Positions 38,919-46,806 of a stretch of DNA of 52,667 nt are shown one piece after another (the stretch's first letter is position 1; every line of letters begins with the position of its first letter). The stretch is from positions 1 to 52,667 of the IMG/VR virus record IMGVR_UViG_3300008740_000012; one strand, written 5' to 3'. Under the pieces are notes generated by a model. It saw only the letters and a program-made list of their open reading frames with translations. It did not search any database and was not told the DNA's origin. Made by a program: the position numbers and the translations under genes. The DNA comes from a virus. Lineage: Duplodnaviria > Caudoviricetes.

Positions 38919-39100
38919 ACTTTGAGAAAACACACATACATAACACAACATAACATTGCATAGCATGACACGGGCCAGGGGGTGGGCCATTAGTACAGTA
39001 GGCGGGGCCCAGAAACTAACATGGGGTTTAGCATCATTAAAAAATATTTAAGCTGAAATTTTTTTCTCAAAAGTCGGATGCCTATATATTTCATAATAAT

Positions 39101-39652
39101 ATGGAGCCTCCTAATGATATGCACATATATGACAACCGCATAGATTCTCAGAGAATCTCAAAGATTTTCCATGAAGTCGCAAGGCTTCCCTATTACTATG
39201 GGGAACAGGACAATCCCTGGACGGCACCCACCGGAATGGTTTCAAATATACATGACCTTTCTTCTTCTTTTGTTTTCAAGACACTCAATGACTTCTATAT
39301 GGAAAACAAAAAAGACGAATGGTTTTGCGAATTGGAACGTGCCTATGTGAACATCTTTGCCCCAGGGGAGATGCCCTTCTACCATACAGATGCAGACTTT
39401 CCTGATGGTTGCACCACTCTGATGTACTATGCGAATCCTGAGTGGATATATGACCACGGAGGAGAAACAAAGTTTATTGACCTCAAAGATGATTCAAAGA
39501 TTATTTCGGTGGCACCCATCCCTGGAAGAATTGTCATATTCAATGGAAACCAAGAACATACTGCCACATCATTCAGAAGCCATCATAGATTCTCGGTGGT
39601 ACTGAAGTACGGAACAGAAGAAGAAAATCAACAACGACGTTCTGTATTATAA
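39101..39652 (+). CDS. 2OG-Fe(II) oxygenase (prolyl-hydroxylase-like)
   Basis: RAYVN, HTD (HxD), YYANPEW...GGET.F, PGRIVIF.G..EH, R.SVV.K. Confidence 0.9.
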   Translation: MEPPNDMHIYDNRIDSQRISKIFHEVARLPYYYGEQDNPWTAPTGMVSNIHDLSSSFVFKTLNDFYMENKKDEWFCELERAYVNIFAPGEMPFYHTDADFPDGCTTLMYYANPEWIYDHGGETKFIDLKDDSKIISVAPIPGRIVIFNGNQEHTATSFRSHHRFSVVLKYGTEEENQQRRSVL

Positions 39653-39655
39653 ATA
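39648..39655 (+). promoter_or_regulatory. Late promoter TATAAATA
   Basis: Exact consensus upstream of the 39715/40728 genes. Confidence 0.75.
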
Positions 39656-39714
39656 ATAAAAACACATATTGTTGTTAATGTTGTTATTATTATTGGGGAG
39701 AGCACATCATCCAT

Positions 39715-40731
39715 ATGTCGGAAACAGAAAATCATCATCTATCCATGAACAGCTTCTATCAACACAGTCTTGAAGAAGACGCAGCATGGACAAAGAGTGC
39801 ATCCCAGCATATCTTTACAATGGATGTTCATCTTCCAATGAGTACATCCATGTACAAAAGAATCTTTGAAAAGAAAAAGCCGCCACGTATGACCGTCTTT
39901 CATGTGACCAATCCACAGTATCTTGATGATATGATTAAACTGCAAGGAAAGAAGAAATCAATCTCGGCACTGACTCATGCCCACAAAGATATTATTTCGG
40001 GTGGCATCAACGTAAAGGGTGGATTGGTATTTCAACTGGAAGCAGATATTTTGATTTCTTCGCCACATGACATCATGTCCCGCCCTGATAAAACAGGAAG
40101 GAGATGGCTGGAATTGTTTTATCTGTCTTCCATCAATAACAGCTTGGCAAATGACATGGCCATAGATGGAAGAAAATTAATCAATGGATTGGCCGAGAAG
40201 TATTTGGGTCACAAGGTTCCCATTAATTCTACGTTCAAAGTCTGGACCGAGATGGATCCAAGAAACGAAAAGTCGCCCATTGCACCCCATCATAAATTCA
40301 GCAGGCGAGACAAGAACATGGCAAAGGGCCACAAGCAGATTCAACTTCTGACAAGAAAACTGTTGCATGGTATGGTGAAAGACTACATTGATGCAATGGA
40401 AAAACTTATGAAAAAATACGAAAAACCACTTGCAGAAACTCTATGGAAACATGCTGCCAGCCAATCCAAGTATACAAACACAAATTCTTGGGATGAGTAT
40501 GTCGTAAATAGATTTCAAATTCAGAAAATTCTGATTGATAGAGCAACCATCAAATCGCGATTTGGTGGAAGAGATATGGACGACGATGAACGCACAGAAC
40601 ATTTTGCGATTTTGCTTGCCAAACTCATAAATAAAAACCTTGAATATGAAATCTTTGACAATGCATCACAGGTGGCAGTCGAAATCGCAAAAATAAGTCA
40701 TCGTCATGCACAACAAGATCAAAAACAATGA
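39715..40731 (+). CDS. Hypothetical protein, possible ADP-ribosyltransferase-like fold, possible internal head protein
   Basis: 338 aa. VFHVT / SISALT / WDEYVV are ordered like ART H-S-E strands. MNSFYQHSLEE at residue 11. Confidence 0.4.
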   Translation: MSETENHHLSMNSFYQHSLEEDAAWTKSASQHIFTMDVHLPMSTSMYKRIFEKKKPPRMTVFHVTNPQYLDDMIKLQGKKKSISALTHAHKDIISGGINVKGGLVFQLEADILISSPHDIMSRPDKTGRRWLELFYLSSINNSLANDMAIDGRKLINGLAEKYLGHKVPINSTFKVWTEMDPRNEKSPIAPHHKFSRRDKNMAKGHKQIQLLTRKLLHGMVKDYIDAMEKLMKKYEKPLAETLWKHAASQSKYTNTNSWDEYVVNRFQIQKILIDRATIKSRFGGRDMDDDERTEHFAILLAKLINKNLEYEIFDNASQVAVEIAKISHRHAQQDQKQ

Positions 40732-41339
40732 AATCCTTTACACAATACCACAACAATCTGAGTGAACAAAAGAGACTCATGAAACCTCTCTTGAAGTTCA
40801 CAAAGAAACACATCAAGTCTCGGGATTTGATTACGTTGAGCAGTTTTCCTGAAGTGCAGACTCCTCTCAAGAAACACAGGCAACCCGGAAAGAAAGATGG
40901 ATTCATGCTAAAGCCTGAAGGAATCTGGTTTGGTATTGGAGACTCATGGATTAATTGGCTGGAGTCCGAGATGCCGGATTGGGCACAACCATCCATCATG
41001 AAGATTGAAGTCAATTTTTCACGGATGTTGAACATCCGAAAAGATTCAGATTTGGATGTATTCACAGAGAAGTATCAGTACATGGACAAAAAGTATGGAA
41101 TGTGGATGGCCGACTGGAGAAAGGTTGCCGAGGATTATGACGGAATCATTCATTGGAGATGGCCATCAGCGCGGCCCGGAGGGAGGTCAGCCGGAACCCA
41201 TGCCACAAGAGAGAACCCACGACAAATCTGGTACGGATGGGATGTACGCTCTGGATGTATCTGGAACCCGGCAGGCATCAAGAAGATGTCAGTCTTTGGA
41301 AGATATGACGAAGACAAGAAAGAATATGTCAAGATATAA
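40728..41339 (+). CDS. Hypothetical protein with capsid-targeting-like N-terminus
   Basis: MKSFTQYHNNLSE start. KPEGIWFG, DYDGII, WDVRSGCIWNP motifs. Confidence 0.6.
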   Translation: MKSFTQYHNNLSEQKRLMKPLLKFTKKHIKSRDLITLSSFPEVQTPLKKHRQPGKKDGFMLKPEGIWFGIGDSWINWLESEMPDWAQPSIMKIEVNFSRMLNIRKDSDLDVFTEKYQYMDKKYGMWMADWRKVAEDYDGIIHWRWPSARPGGRSAGTHATRENPRQIWYGWDVRSGCIWNPAGIKKMSVFGRYDEDKKEYVKI

Positions 41340-41520
41340 TTATTATATCATCCTATTATTATTATCTTTTTTTGGTTGTGGTATTGGTGGTAGTGCCAAC
41401 AACAATGAATGTCTCATATGGCAAAATATCGAGGCATGTGTTCCTCATTATTGTTCCTGTGAAGAAGTCATTACTTCAGGAGCAGCATGTGGGTGTGTGA
41501 AGGAGGATGCACATAAATAA
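41326..41520 (+). CDS. Small Cys-rich lipoprotein-like protein (64 aa)
   Basis: MSRYNYYIILLLLSFFGC lipobox followed by six more Cys. This is the 3' part of track ORF 41056..41520. Confidence 0.55.
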   Translation: MSRYNYYIILLLLSFFGCGIGGSANNNECLIWQNIEACVPHYCSCEEVITSGAACGCVKEDAHK

Positions 41521-41561
41521 TAGGTAGTACAATAACAACACACACACACATACACACATAT

Positions 41562-41900
41562 ATGGAAAACGACGACAACAATAACAACGACAACAATTCT
41601 GATAAATGGCCCTGGAGTATCACAGACAGAGAGTTTGGTGCATTGGAACAGGAAGTAAAAGAAATTCGTCATGTATACAGAAATCTTAAAATGATTGTAA
41701 ATGAATCAGGGATTTCCCATATTGACAAAGACGACATCAATGCATTTCGCGACGGCCTGACCAACCTTGAAGAAAGACTCAAGGGAATTGATTCCTTTCA
41801 AGAAGACATTATCAAATTAAAAATCAAAGTATATACTGCATTTTCTGTTATTGGAATCCTTGCGGCAATTATTGTATGGATAGTCGAGGCAATAACATGA
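41562..41900 (+). CDS. Coiled-coil protein with C-terminal transmembrane helix
   Basis: Heptad-rich body and AFSVIGILAAIIVWIV. CATAAATA at 41512. Confidence 0.65.
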   Translation: MENDDNNNNDNNSDKWPWSITDREFGALEQEVKEIRHVYRNLKMIVNESGISHIDKDDINAFRDGLTNLEERLKGIDSFQEDIIKLKIKVYTAFSVIGILAAIIVWIVEAIT

Positions 41901-42229
41901 TTGACATGACACAAAAAGCAGCAGAGATGATCAAATACCAATTAGGGAATTCGTCTGTCTATTCAAATGACTCGGCACTACGAATCAAGATTATTGGGGG
42001 TGGGTGTTCAGGTCTTCGATATAATATGTCTTTTGATAAAAATATAAATAAAGATAGTGATTATATAAAAGAAGAATACGGAGTAAGGCTTGTCATTGAT
42101 GAAAAAAGCGCGCTCTACATGGTAGGTTCACAATTGGATTTTGTGGACGAATTAATGGAAACAGGATTCAAAATCAATAATCCTAATGCCAAGAATTCTT
42201 GTGGTTGTGGCGAATCTTTTGGGGTGTAG
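41897..42229 (+). CDS. iscA: A-type Fe-S cluster carrier (IscA/ErpA/HesB family)
   Basis: GGGCSGL.Y, NPNA..CGCGESF. Start refined to ATG 41897. Confidence 0.93.
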   Translation: MIDMTQKAAEMIKYQLGNSSVYSNDSALRIKIIGGGCSGLRYNMSFDKNINKDSDYIKEEYGVRLVIDEKSALYMVGSQLDFVDELMETGFKINNPNAKNSCGCGESFGV

Positions 42230-42255
42230 AAAAAGAAGAAAGAAAAAAAAGCACA

Positions 42256-43347
42256 ATGAAATTTCATCAAAAAAATCCTATACCGCTCCCCGAAGTAGGA
42301 GCCACTTCTTCAATCAAATCAACAATAGAAACTGTCTTCGATTGGGAATACGATCTCAAGAGAAAGAATCTTTTAAACCTCTACGAAAAAGGAAAAGCAC
42401 TCAACTGGAATGCAACTGAGCTTCCCTGGGAAACTGATGTAGACATAGAAAAGATTCAAAAGACCCGAATGAAAAATGGCGCAGGAGACATGATGCGTGC
42501 CACGCTGATTCCTCCAAAGCCGGTAGATGATGAATTTTTAATGACATTGGGAATTGAACAAAATGCATTCATGTTGAGTCAGTTTCTTCATGGAGAACAA
42601 GGGGCACTCGTTGCAACAGCAAAACTAGTTCAGGCCTGCCCGGATGAAGAAGCAAAGTTCTATGCCGCAAGTCAGGTATTGGACGAAGCTCGCCATGTAG
42701 AAGTTTATCATCGTTATCTCACAGAAAAATTGGGCACAAGCTATCCCATTCTTCCTTCACTTGGCAATCTGCTTGATGATGTCATTGAAGCAAAGGATTG
42801 GGATATGTCATTTCTGGGAATGCAAATCATGGTAGAAGGGATTGCCCTTGGCGCATTTGCATTCGTGAAGTTGTCCAATCCAGATGAACCTCTCATTCTT
42901 GAAATCACAGAAAGAGTCATGCAGGATGAGTCTCGTCATGTTGCCTTTGGTGTACTGACATTAGAAGATATGTACAAAGATGGGTTATCAGAAAATGAAA
43001 TGCGTGAGCGAGAAGATTTTGTTCTTGAGGCATCTCATGTTTTGAAAGAAAGACTCAACAGCGACCAAGTTCTTGAACGACTCGGAATCAATACACCAGA
43101 TTGGCTTGAATGGCAAAGGAACTCTCCTTATCTTCGTGGGATTACAAGCATGGTATTTTCAAAAGTTGTTCCTAATCTAAAGCGTATTGGATTATTGACG
43201 CCTCGGGTTCGCAAGGCATATGAGCAAATGAATCTGATTCATTTTGAACACGGAAAGGATTCATTAGAAGATGTGACTGTAGAGATTCCTGATGAATTAG
43301 TGAAATCGTTGACAACAATGATAGGAGAAAATACACATGCCAAGTAA
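42256..43347 (+). CDS. Ferritin-like di-iron carboxylate enzyme (AurF/R2-like)
   Basis: FLHGEQGAL, DEARH, QIMVEG, DESRH di-iron ligand set. Start refined to ATG 42256. Confidence 0.85.
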   Translation: MKFHQKNPIPLPEVGATSSIKSTIETVFDWEYDLKRKNLLNLYEKGKALNWNATELPWETDVDIEKIQKTRMKNGAGDMMRATLIPPKPVDDEFLMTLGIEQNAFMLSQFLHGEQGALVATAKLVQACPDEEAKFYAASQVLDEARHVEVYHRYLTEKLGTSYPILPSLGNLLDDVIEAKDWDMSFLGMQIMVEGIALGAFAFVKLSNPDEPLILEITERVMQDESRHVAFGVLTLEDMYKDGLSENEMREREDFVLEASHVLKERLNSDQVLERLGINTPDWLEWQRNSPYLRGITSMVFSKVVPNLKRIGLLTPRVRKAYEQMNLIHFEHGKDSLEDVTVEIPDELVKSLTTMIGENTHAK

Positions 43348-43615
43348 CAATACATTTTTCACATCAAGACAATGGGATATCAAAAAACAATTGATTGACC
43401 AAACAGGGCACGCTGTCTATGCGATATTAGTTCTATTGCCTGTTCTCTTGATTCCAAACATAATTTTAGGAACAACAACATCAGCATTGGCATGTGGAAT
43501 AATTCGTGAATGGGAACAGTGGAGAAAAGCAGAAAGTCTTCATCTATTTGACAGAATCTTGGATGTTTGTTTCTTCGGTGTTGGTGGAATTATTATAGGA
43601 AGCATATTATCGTGA
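43337..43615 (+). CDS. Small membrane protein
   Basis: 92 aa, three hydrophobic segments, REWEQ and D motifs. Confidence 0.65.
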   Translation: MPSNNTFFTSRQWDIKKQLIDQTGHAVYAILVLLPVLLIPNIILGTTTSALACGIIREWEQWRKAESLHLFDRILDVCFFGVGGIIIGSILS

Positions 43616-43788
43616 AGATAACAATTTTAACAATAATAATGTTTCTCTCTTTTGGGGCATGTACAACACCCACAACAGAAAACCCAACAAATCCAGAAGC
43701 AGATGATCCAATCATAGAAGGAGAAGAAGTGGTTGCTCCGATTGGGTGTCTTGTTTGGCAAATAAATGATCCAAATGCCGACTGCTAA
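43612..43788 (+). CDS. Small lipoprotein (58 aa)
   Basis: GTG start, KITILTIIMFLSFGAC lipobox, ends APIGC....PNADC. Confidence 0.6.
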   Translation: MKITILTIIMFLSFGACTTPTTENPTNPEADDPIIEGEEVVAPIGCLVWQINDPNADC

Positions 43789-44176
43789 TACAAATTACAT
43801 AGACGACACAATAGAAGTATTCAATAGAGTACATGCTGGGTTTAAGTATGTCACAGACGAGGTACAATATCCAGAGTCAATAGATGATTGGAGAATTCCC
43901 AAGGATTTTGATCGGGTCACAGGAGACTGTGATGATTTTGCCATTGCATGTAGAACTCTTCTCAAAGAGAAAGGTCACAAGCCTCGGCTTCTTTATTGTA
44001 GAGCCGAAACTGGAGAAGGGCATCTTATTTGCATATTAGGAAAAATGGCACTTGATAACAGAATGTTCAAGGCAGTGGAAATTACAGAATTAACTAGACG
44101 AGGTTACATTCTTATTTCAGTGAGTGGAACTGAGCCTGGAGAATATTGGCGAAGTGTAGAGGATGTTGTTATTTAA
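43766..44176 (+). CDS. Transglutaminase-like cysteine protease (BTLCP/LapG-like)
   Basis: KYVTD..Y...DDW..P, GDCDDFA (Cys), GEGH (His), LDN (Asp). Confidence 0.85.
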   Translation: MIQMPTANTNYIDDTIEVFNRVHAGFKYVTDEVQYPESIDDWRIPKDFDRVTGDCDDFAIACRTLLKEKGHKPRLLYCRAETGEGHLICILGKMALDNRMFKAVEITELTRRGYILISVSGTEPGEYWRSVEDVVI

Positions 44177-44759
44177 ATCCCATCTTCTTTAGTTTGGCAA
44201 TCGTGATACTACTGGCAGTATGATGTATTCCATGACCACCCTTTGCAGTAAATTCTCTAATATTCTTGTCATAATCGTCAATCAATAGAGTGGGTTTTTC
44301 ATTTATTACAGCATAGTCTTGTTTTTGTTCACGAAAGACTAGATGCACCTTTGCAGGTGCTACTTTTAGATTCTTTGCGACCCAAATCTCTTTTCCTTTT
44401 CTACTGAATCCTTTAGGGTCGCTTTTTGGTTTCTTATATGCAGACAGTATATGCACATCATACTTCTTGACAAAGTTCCATAACTTCTTTCCGTCTTTCA
44501 TCCAAGGAAGCTCTGCCCAAAACTTGGCACCTTCTGCGGCAACCATTCTGTGCAGTTCGTTGTTGGACACTTCTTGTGGAATCTGACCCTTTTTATTTGC
44601 CATTGACTTTCCGCGAGCCTTCCATGCTTGCATATCCAGCCCACCAGTCAATTTGGACACTCCTGCTTGTAAGTCTACCAGAACAGAGTCCAAGTCTAGC
44701 ATGATGACAGGTCGTTCTTCTGGAGCAACCTCATATAATATTTGATTATATGTTTTCAT
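44169..44759 (-). CDS. HAD-family 5'(3')-deoxyribonucleotidase-like protein
   Basis: LDLDSVLVD, FW..LPWM..G, ILSA, K..W, LLIDD. Start refined to ATG 44759 (MKTYNQILYE). Confidence 0.8.
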   Translation of the reverse strand: MKTYNQILYEVAPEERPVIMLDLDSVLVDLQAGVSKLTGGLDMQAWKARGKSMANKKGQIPQEVSNNELHRMVAAEGAKFWAELPWMKDGKKLWNFVKKYDVHILSAYKKPKSDPKGFSRKGKEIWVAKNLKVAPAKVHLVFREQKQDYAVINEKPTLLIDDYDKNIREFTAKGGHGIHHTASSITIAKLKKMGFK

Positions 44760-44763
44760 TATA

Positions 44764-45468
44764 TTAATTCTTATGTGGTTTGACGGTCTTGACTCCGCGC
44801 TGTTTCTTTTCTTTTTCGATCCACTGCTTTGCAATCTTATTTTGGTGGTCTTTCTTGACCCACTTAGAAACAAAACGATATCCTCTTACGGATGATTTGT
44901 TTAAATCTATTCCTTCGCTATTGTCAATAATTAATAAATCATTTTTAAAAAGAGATTGGAATTTTCCAATGTTGTTCTGGACTCCATTCCACATCTTTTT
45001 GACTTGTTCGTCTGGAAGTCTTCGCGAACGCATTCGATTTCTTTTCAGTGCAGTCTCTACATCTGTATTAACAAAGAGCATCATGGTATCATATCCAAGA
45101 TAATTAAGTGCAACTTTTTGTTTTCTTATCTTTTCATAGTCCTTTCCAGTTCCATCAATAATGAGTCCAAGTCTTCCGTTTAATGCAATCTCTTGTTTTT
45201 TTGCAGTAAGAGCTTTTGCTGATCCGCGAATTGATTGACCCTTTTCAGAAAAAATATCTTCTGGTGTTGTTTTCAAACCCGCTTTGGAGAGTGTGTATTC
45301 AAAGATATCATCAGAGTTAATTAGTTTCAACCCAAGAGCAGTGAGTGCCGTCTTTCCTGCGATGAAAGACTTCCCTGAACCGGGACCACCAGCCATGAAG
45401 ACTGCCTTAAAAATTGCAGGGTCGTTGATGCCTTCATTTATGTTATGATAATCTTTAAACGATTTCAT
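44764..45468 (-). CDS. P-loop kinase (AAA_33/zeta-toxin-like)
   Basis: FMAGGPGSGKS, INSDD.FE, IIDGT, RN..R lid. MKSFKDYHNINE N-terminus. Confidence 0.8.
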   Translation of the reverse strand: MKSFKDYHNINEGINDPAIFKAVFMAGGPGSGKSFIAGKTALTALGLKLINSDDIFEYTLSKAGLKTTPEDIFSEKGQSIRGSAKALTAKKQEIALNGRLGLIIDGTGKDYEKIRKQKVALNYLGYDTMMLFVNTDVETALKRNRMRSRRLPDEQVKKMWNGVQNNIGKFQSLFKNDLLIIDNSEGIDLNKSSVRGYRFVSKWVKKDHQNKIAKQWIEKEKKQRGVKTVKPHKN

Positions 45469-45683
45469 TATATTCCTCCAACTTCTTTGCGGGCAGCAGA
45501 ATCAACATTTGTCTGACTCTTGGCCCATTTTTGTGCCTGAGCTTTGCTCTTGAATCCATCGGAAACCGGCATCCATTTATTACTTCCTACATGACCCATT
45601 ACATACCACAGTTTATTATGTGGGTTCTTTTCGACAATATACCTTGAGTCTGCTTCTGTTATATGTTGTCTAAATGATTTCAT
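45468..45683 (-). CDS. Small hypothetical protein with capsid-targeting-like N-terminus
   Basis: MKSFRQHITE start, stop/start overlap with both neighbours. Confidence 0.7.
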   Translation of the reverse strand: MKSFRQHITEADSRYIVEKNPHNKLWYVMGHVGSNKWMPVSDGFKSKAQAQKWAKSQTNVDSAARKEVGGI

Positions 45684-45832
45684 TTTTTACCCTTTTCTAT
45701 TTCCTCAAGTCTATCTGCAATGATATGGGCTGCTCGTTCAAATCCTTCAATGATTGCATTGGCTTGTCGAACCCCAAGCGTATCAATTGATTTTACGATT
45801 GCGTCAACAATTCCTGAATCAAAGAAACTCAT
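45680..45832 (-). CDS. Small hypothetical protein (50 aa, not in ORF track)
   Basis: MSFFDSGIVDAIVKSIDTLGVRQANAIIEGFERAAHIIADRLEEIEKGKK. GGAG RBS, ATGA overlap with the next gene. Confidence 0.65.
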   Translation of the reverse strand: MSFFDSGIVDAIVKSIDTLGVRQANAIIEGFERAAHIIADRLEEIEKGKK

Positions 45833-45842
45833 AATTGTCTCC

Positions 45843-45869
45843 TATTTATATGAAGTATTTATATAAATA
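45843..45869. promoter_or_regulatory. Divergent late promoters
   Basis: TATAAATA on - at 45843-45850 and 45856-45863, and on + at 45862-45869. Confidence 0.8.
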
Positions 45870-45891
45870 ATATTATTGGAGGAATATCAAT

Positions 45892-46236
45892 ATGCATGAA
45901 TATAATGCCGATGTAATAAGCGTATATGATGGAGACACAATTCGCGTTGATATAGACCTTGGATTTGGTGTTTGGTTGAGAAATCAGTCCATTCGTTTAC
46001 TCGGAATTGATGCTCCAGAAGTTCGTGGAGAAGAAAAGGATGCCGGAATTGTGGCAAGAGATCGACTGATTGAATTACTCGAACATAATAATAATAAATG
46101 TATAATTAAAACATATAAATCTGTCAAAAGAGGAAAGTATGGAAGAATTCTTGTTGAGGTGTTTACTGACCCAGATTCCAAATCTTTGAACAAGGTCTTG
46201 ATTGATGAGGGTCTTGCAGACAGATATATGGAATGA
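45892..46236 (+). CDS. Thermonuclease (SNase-fold) nuclease
   Basis: VYDGDT, IRLLGIDAPE, GKYGRIL, N..LI.EGLA. Confidence 0.92.
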   Translation: MHEYNADVISVYDGDTIRVDIDLGFGVWLRNQSIRLLGIDAPEVRGEEKDAGIVARDRLIELLEHNNNKCIIKTYKSVKRGKYGRILVEVFTDPDSKSLNKVLIDEGLADRYME

Positions 46237-46291
46237 TTAATTTTGCTAAATAATAAAGAGGTTGTATAGTCACAACCAAGGAGAAAAGGTC

Positions 46292-46798
46292 ATGAAGTTT
46301 TCAGGCGCAAAAGTAAATGCATTTTATACGGCAGACCAACAAATGCGCGAGTCTATTCGACAGGATGTTCTTGCAGAAAGATATGTTGATCTTCAGCAGG
46401 AGATGAAAAATCTTGAGAACTTGTTGAATATTTCAGAAGAAGAGAGGAATGAAGATCTTTTTGAAATTAATGACATTCTCTTTAATATCATTGAAATGTT
46501 GGTCCCCGAATTAACAGAAGAAATGACCGAAAATCTTGATGAACAAGAAGATAGTTCTTCTTTTGATGCAAGACAAACTGCCCGAAAAGATCGTATTAAA
46601 AAACGAGAAAATGATGCAATTGAGGTTTCAAAGAAAAAGGAAGAATTGGTTCGGGCAAAGAGTGACATTTCAGTGGCAAGACTTGGTTTAAGAGCAGCAG
46701 GAACACCACAAGCAAAAATAGCAGCAGGTGAAAAGCTCCGTAAGGCTCGTGGAAAATTAGCAGTTGCAGGAATTAAAGTAGATGCAGCAAAGGATTAA
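46292..46798 (+). CDS. Hypothetical protein (acidic N-half, basic C-half)
   Basis: Start refined to ATG 46292 after AGGAG. CTAAATA upstream. Confidence 0.65.
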   Translation: MKFSGAKVNAFYTADQQMRESIRQDVLAERYVDLQQEMKNLENLLNISEEERNEDLFEINDILFNIIEMLVPELTEEMTENLDEQEDSSSFDARQTARKDRIKKRENDAIEVSKKKEELVRAKSDISVARLGLRAAGTPQAKIAAGEKLRKARGKLAVAGIKVDAAKD

Positions 46799-46806
46799 TA
46801 AAAAAA

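Larger units (their letters stand above)
38268..39100. other. Long non-coding region, candidate origin/partition/packaging control locus
   Basis: No ORF >=60 aa over ~830 bp. Contains palindromes, CA/ACAT tracts and GC-rich patches. Confidence 0.5.

Noticed and set aside
38268-39100. tRNA or tmRNA genes in the non-coding tract
   Set aside because: No cloverleaf, T-loop GTTC(G/A)A or CCA-ended acceptor stem found by eye. A tRNAscan/ARAGORN run would settle it.
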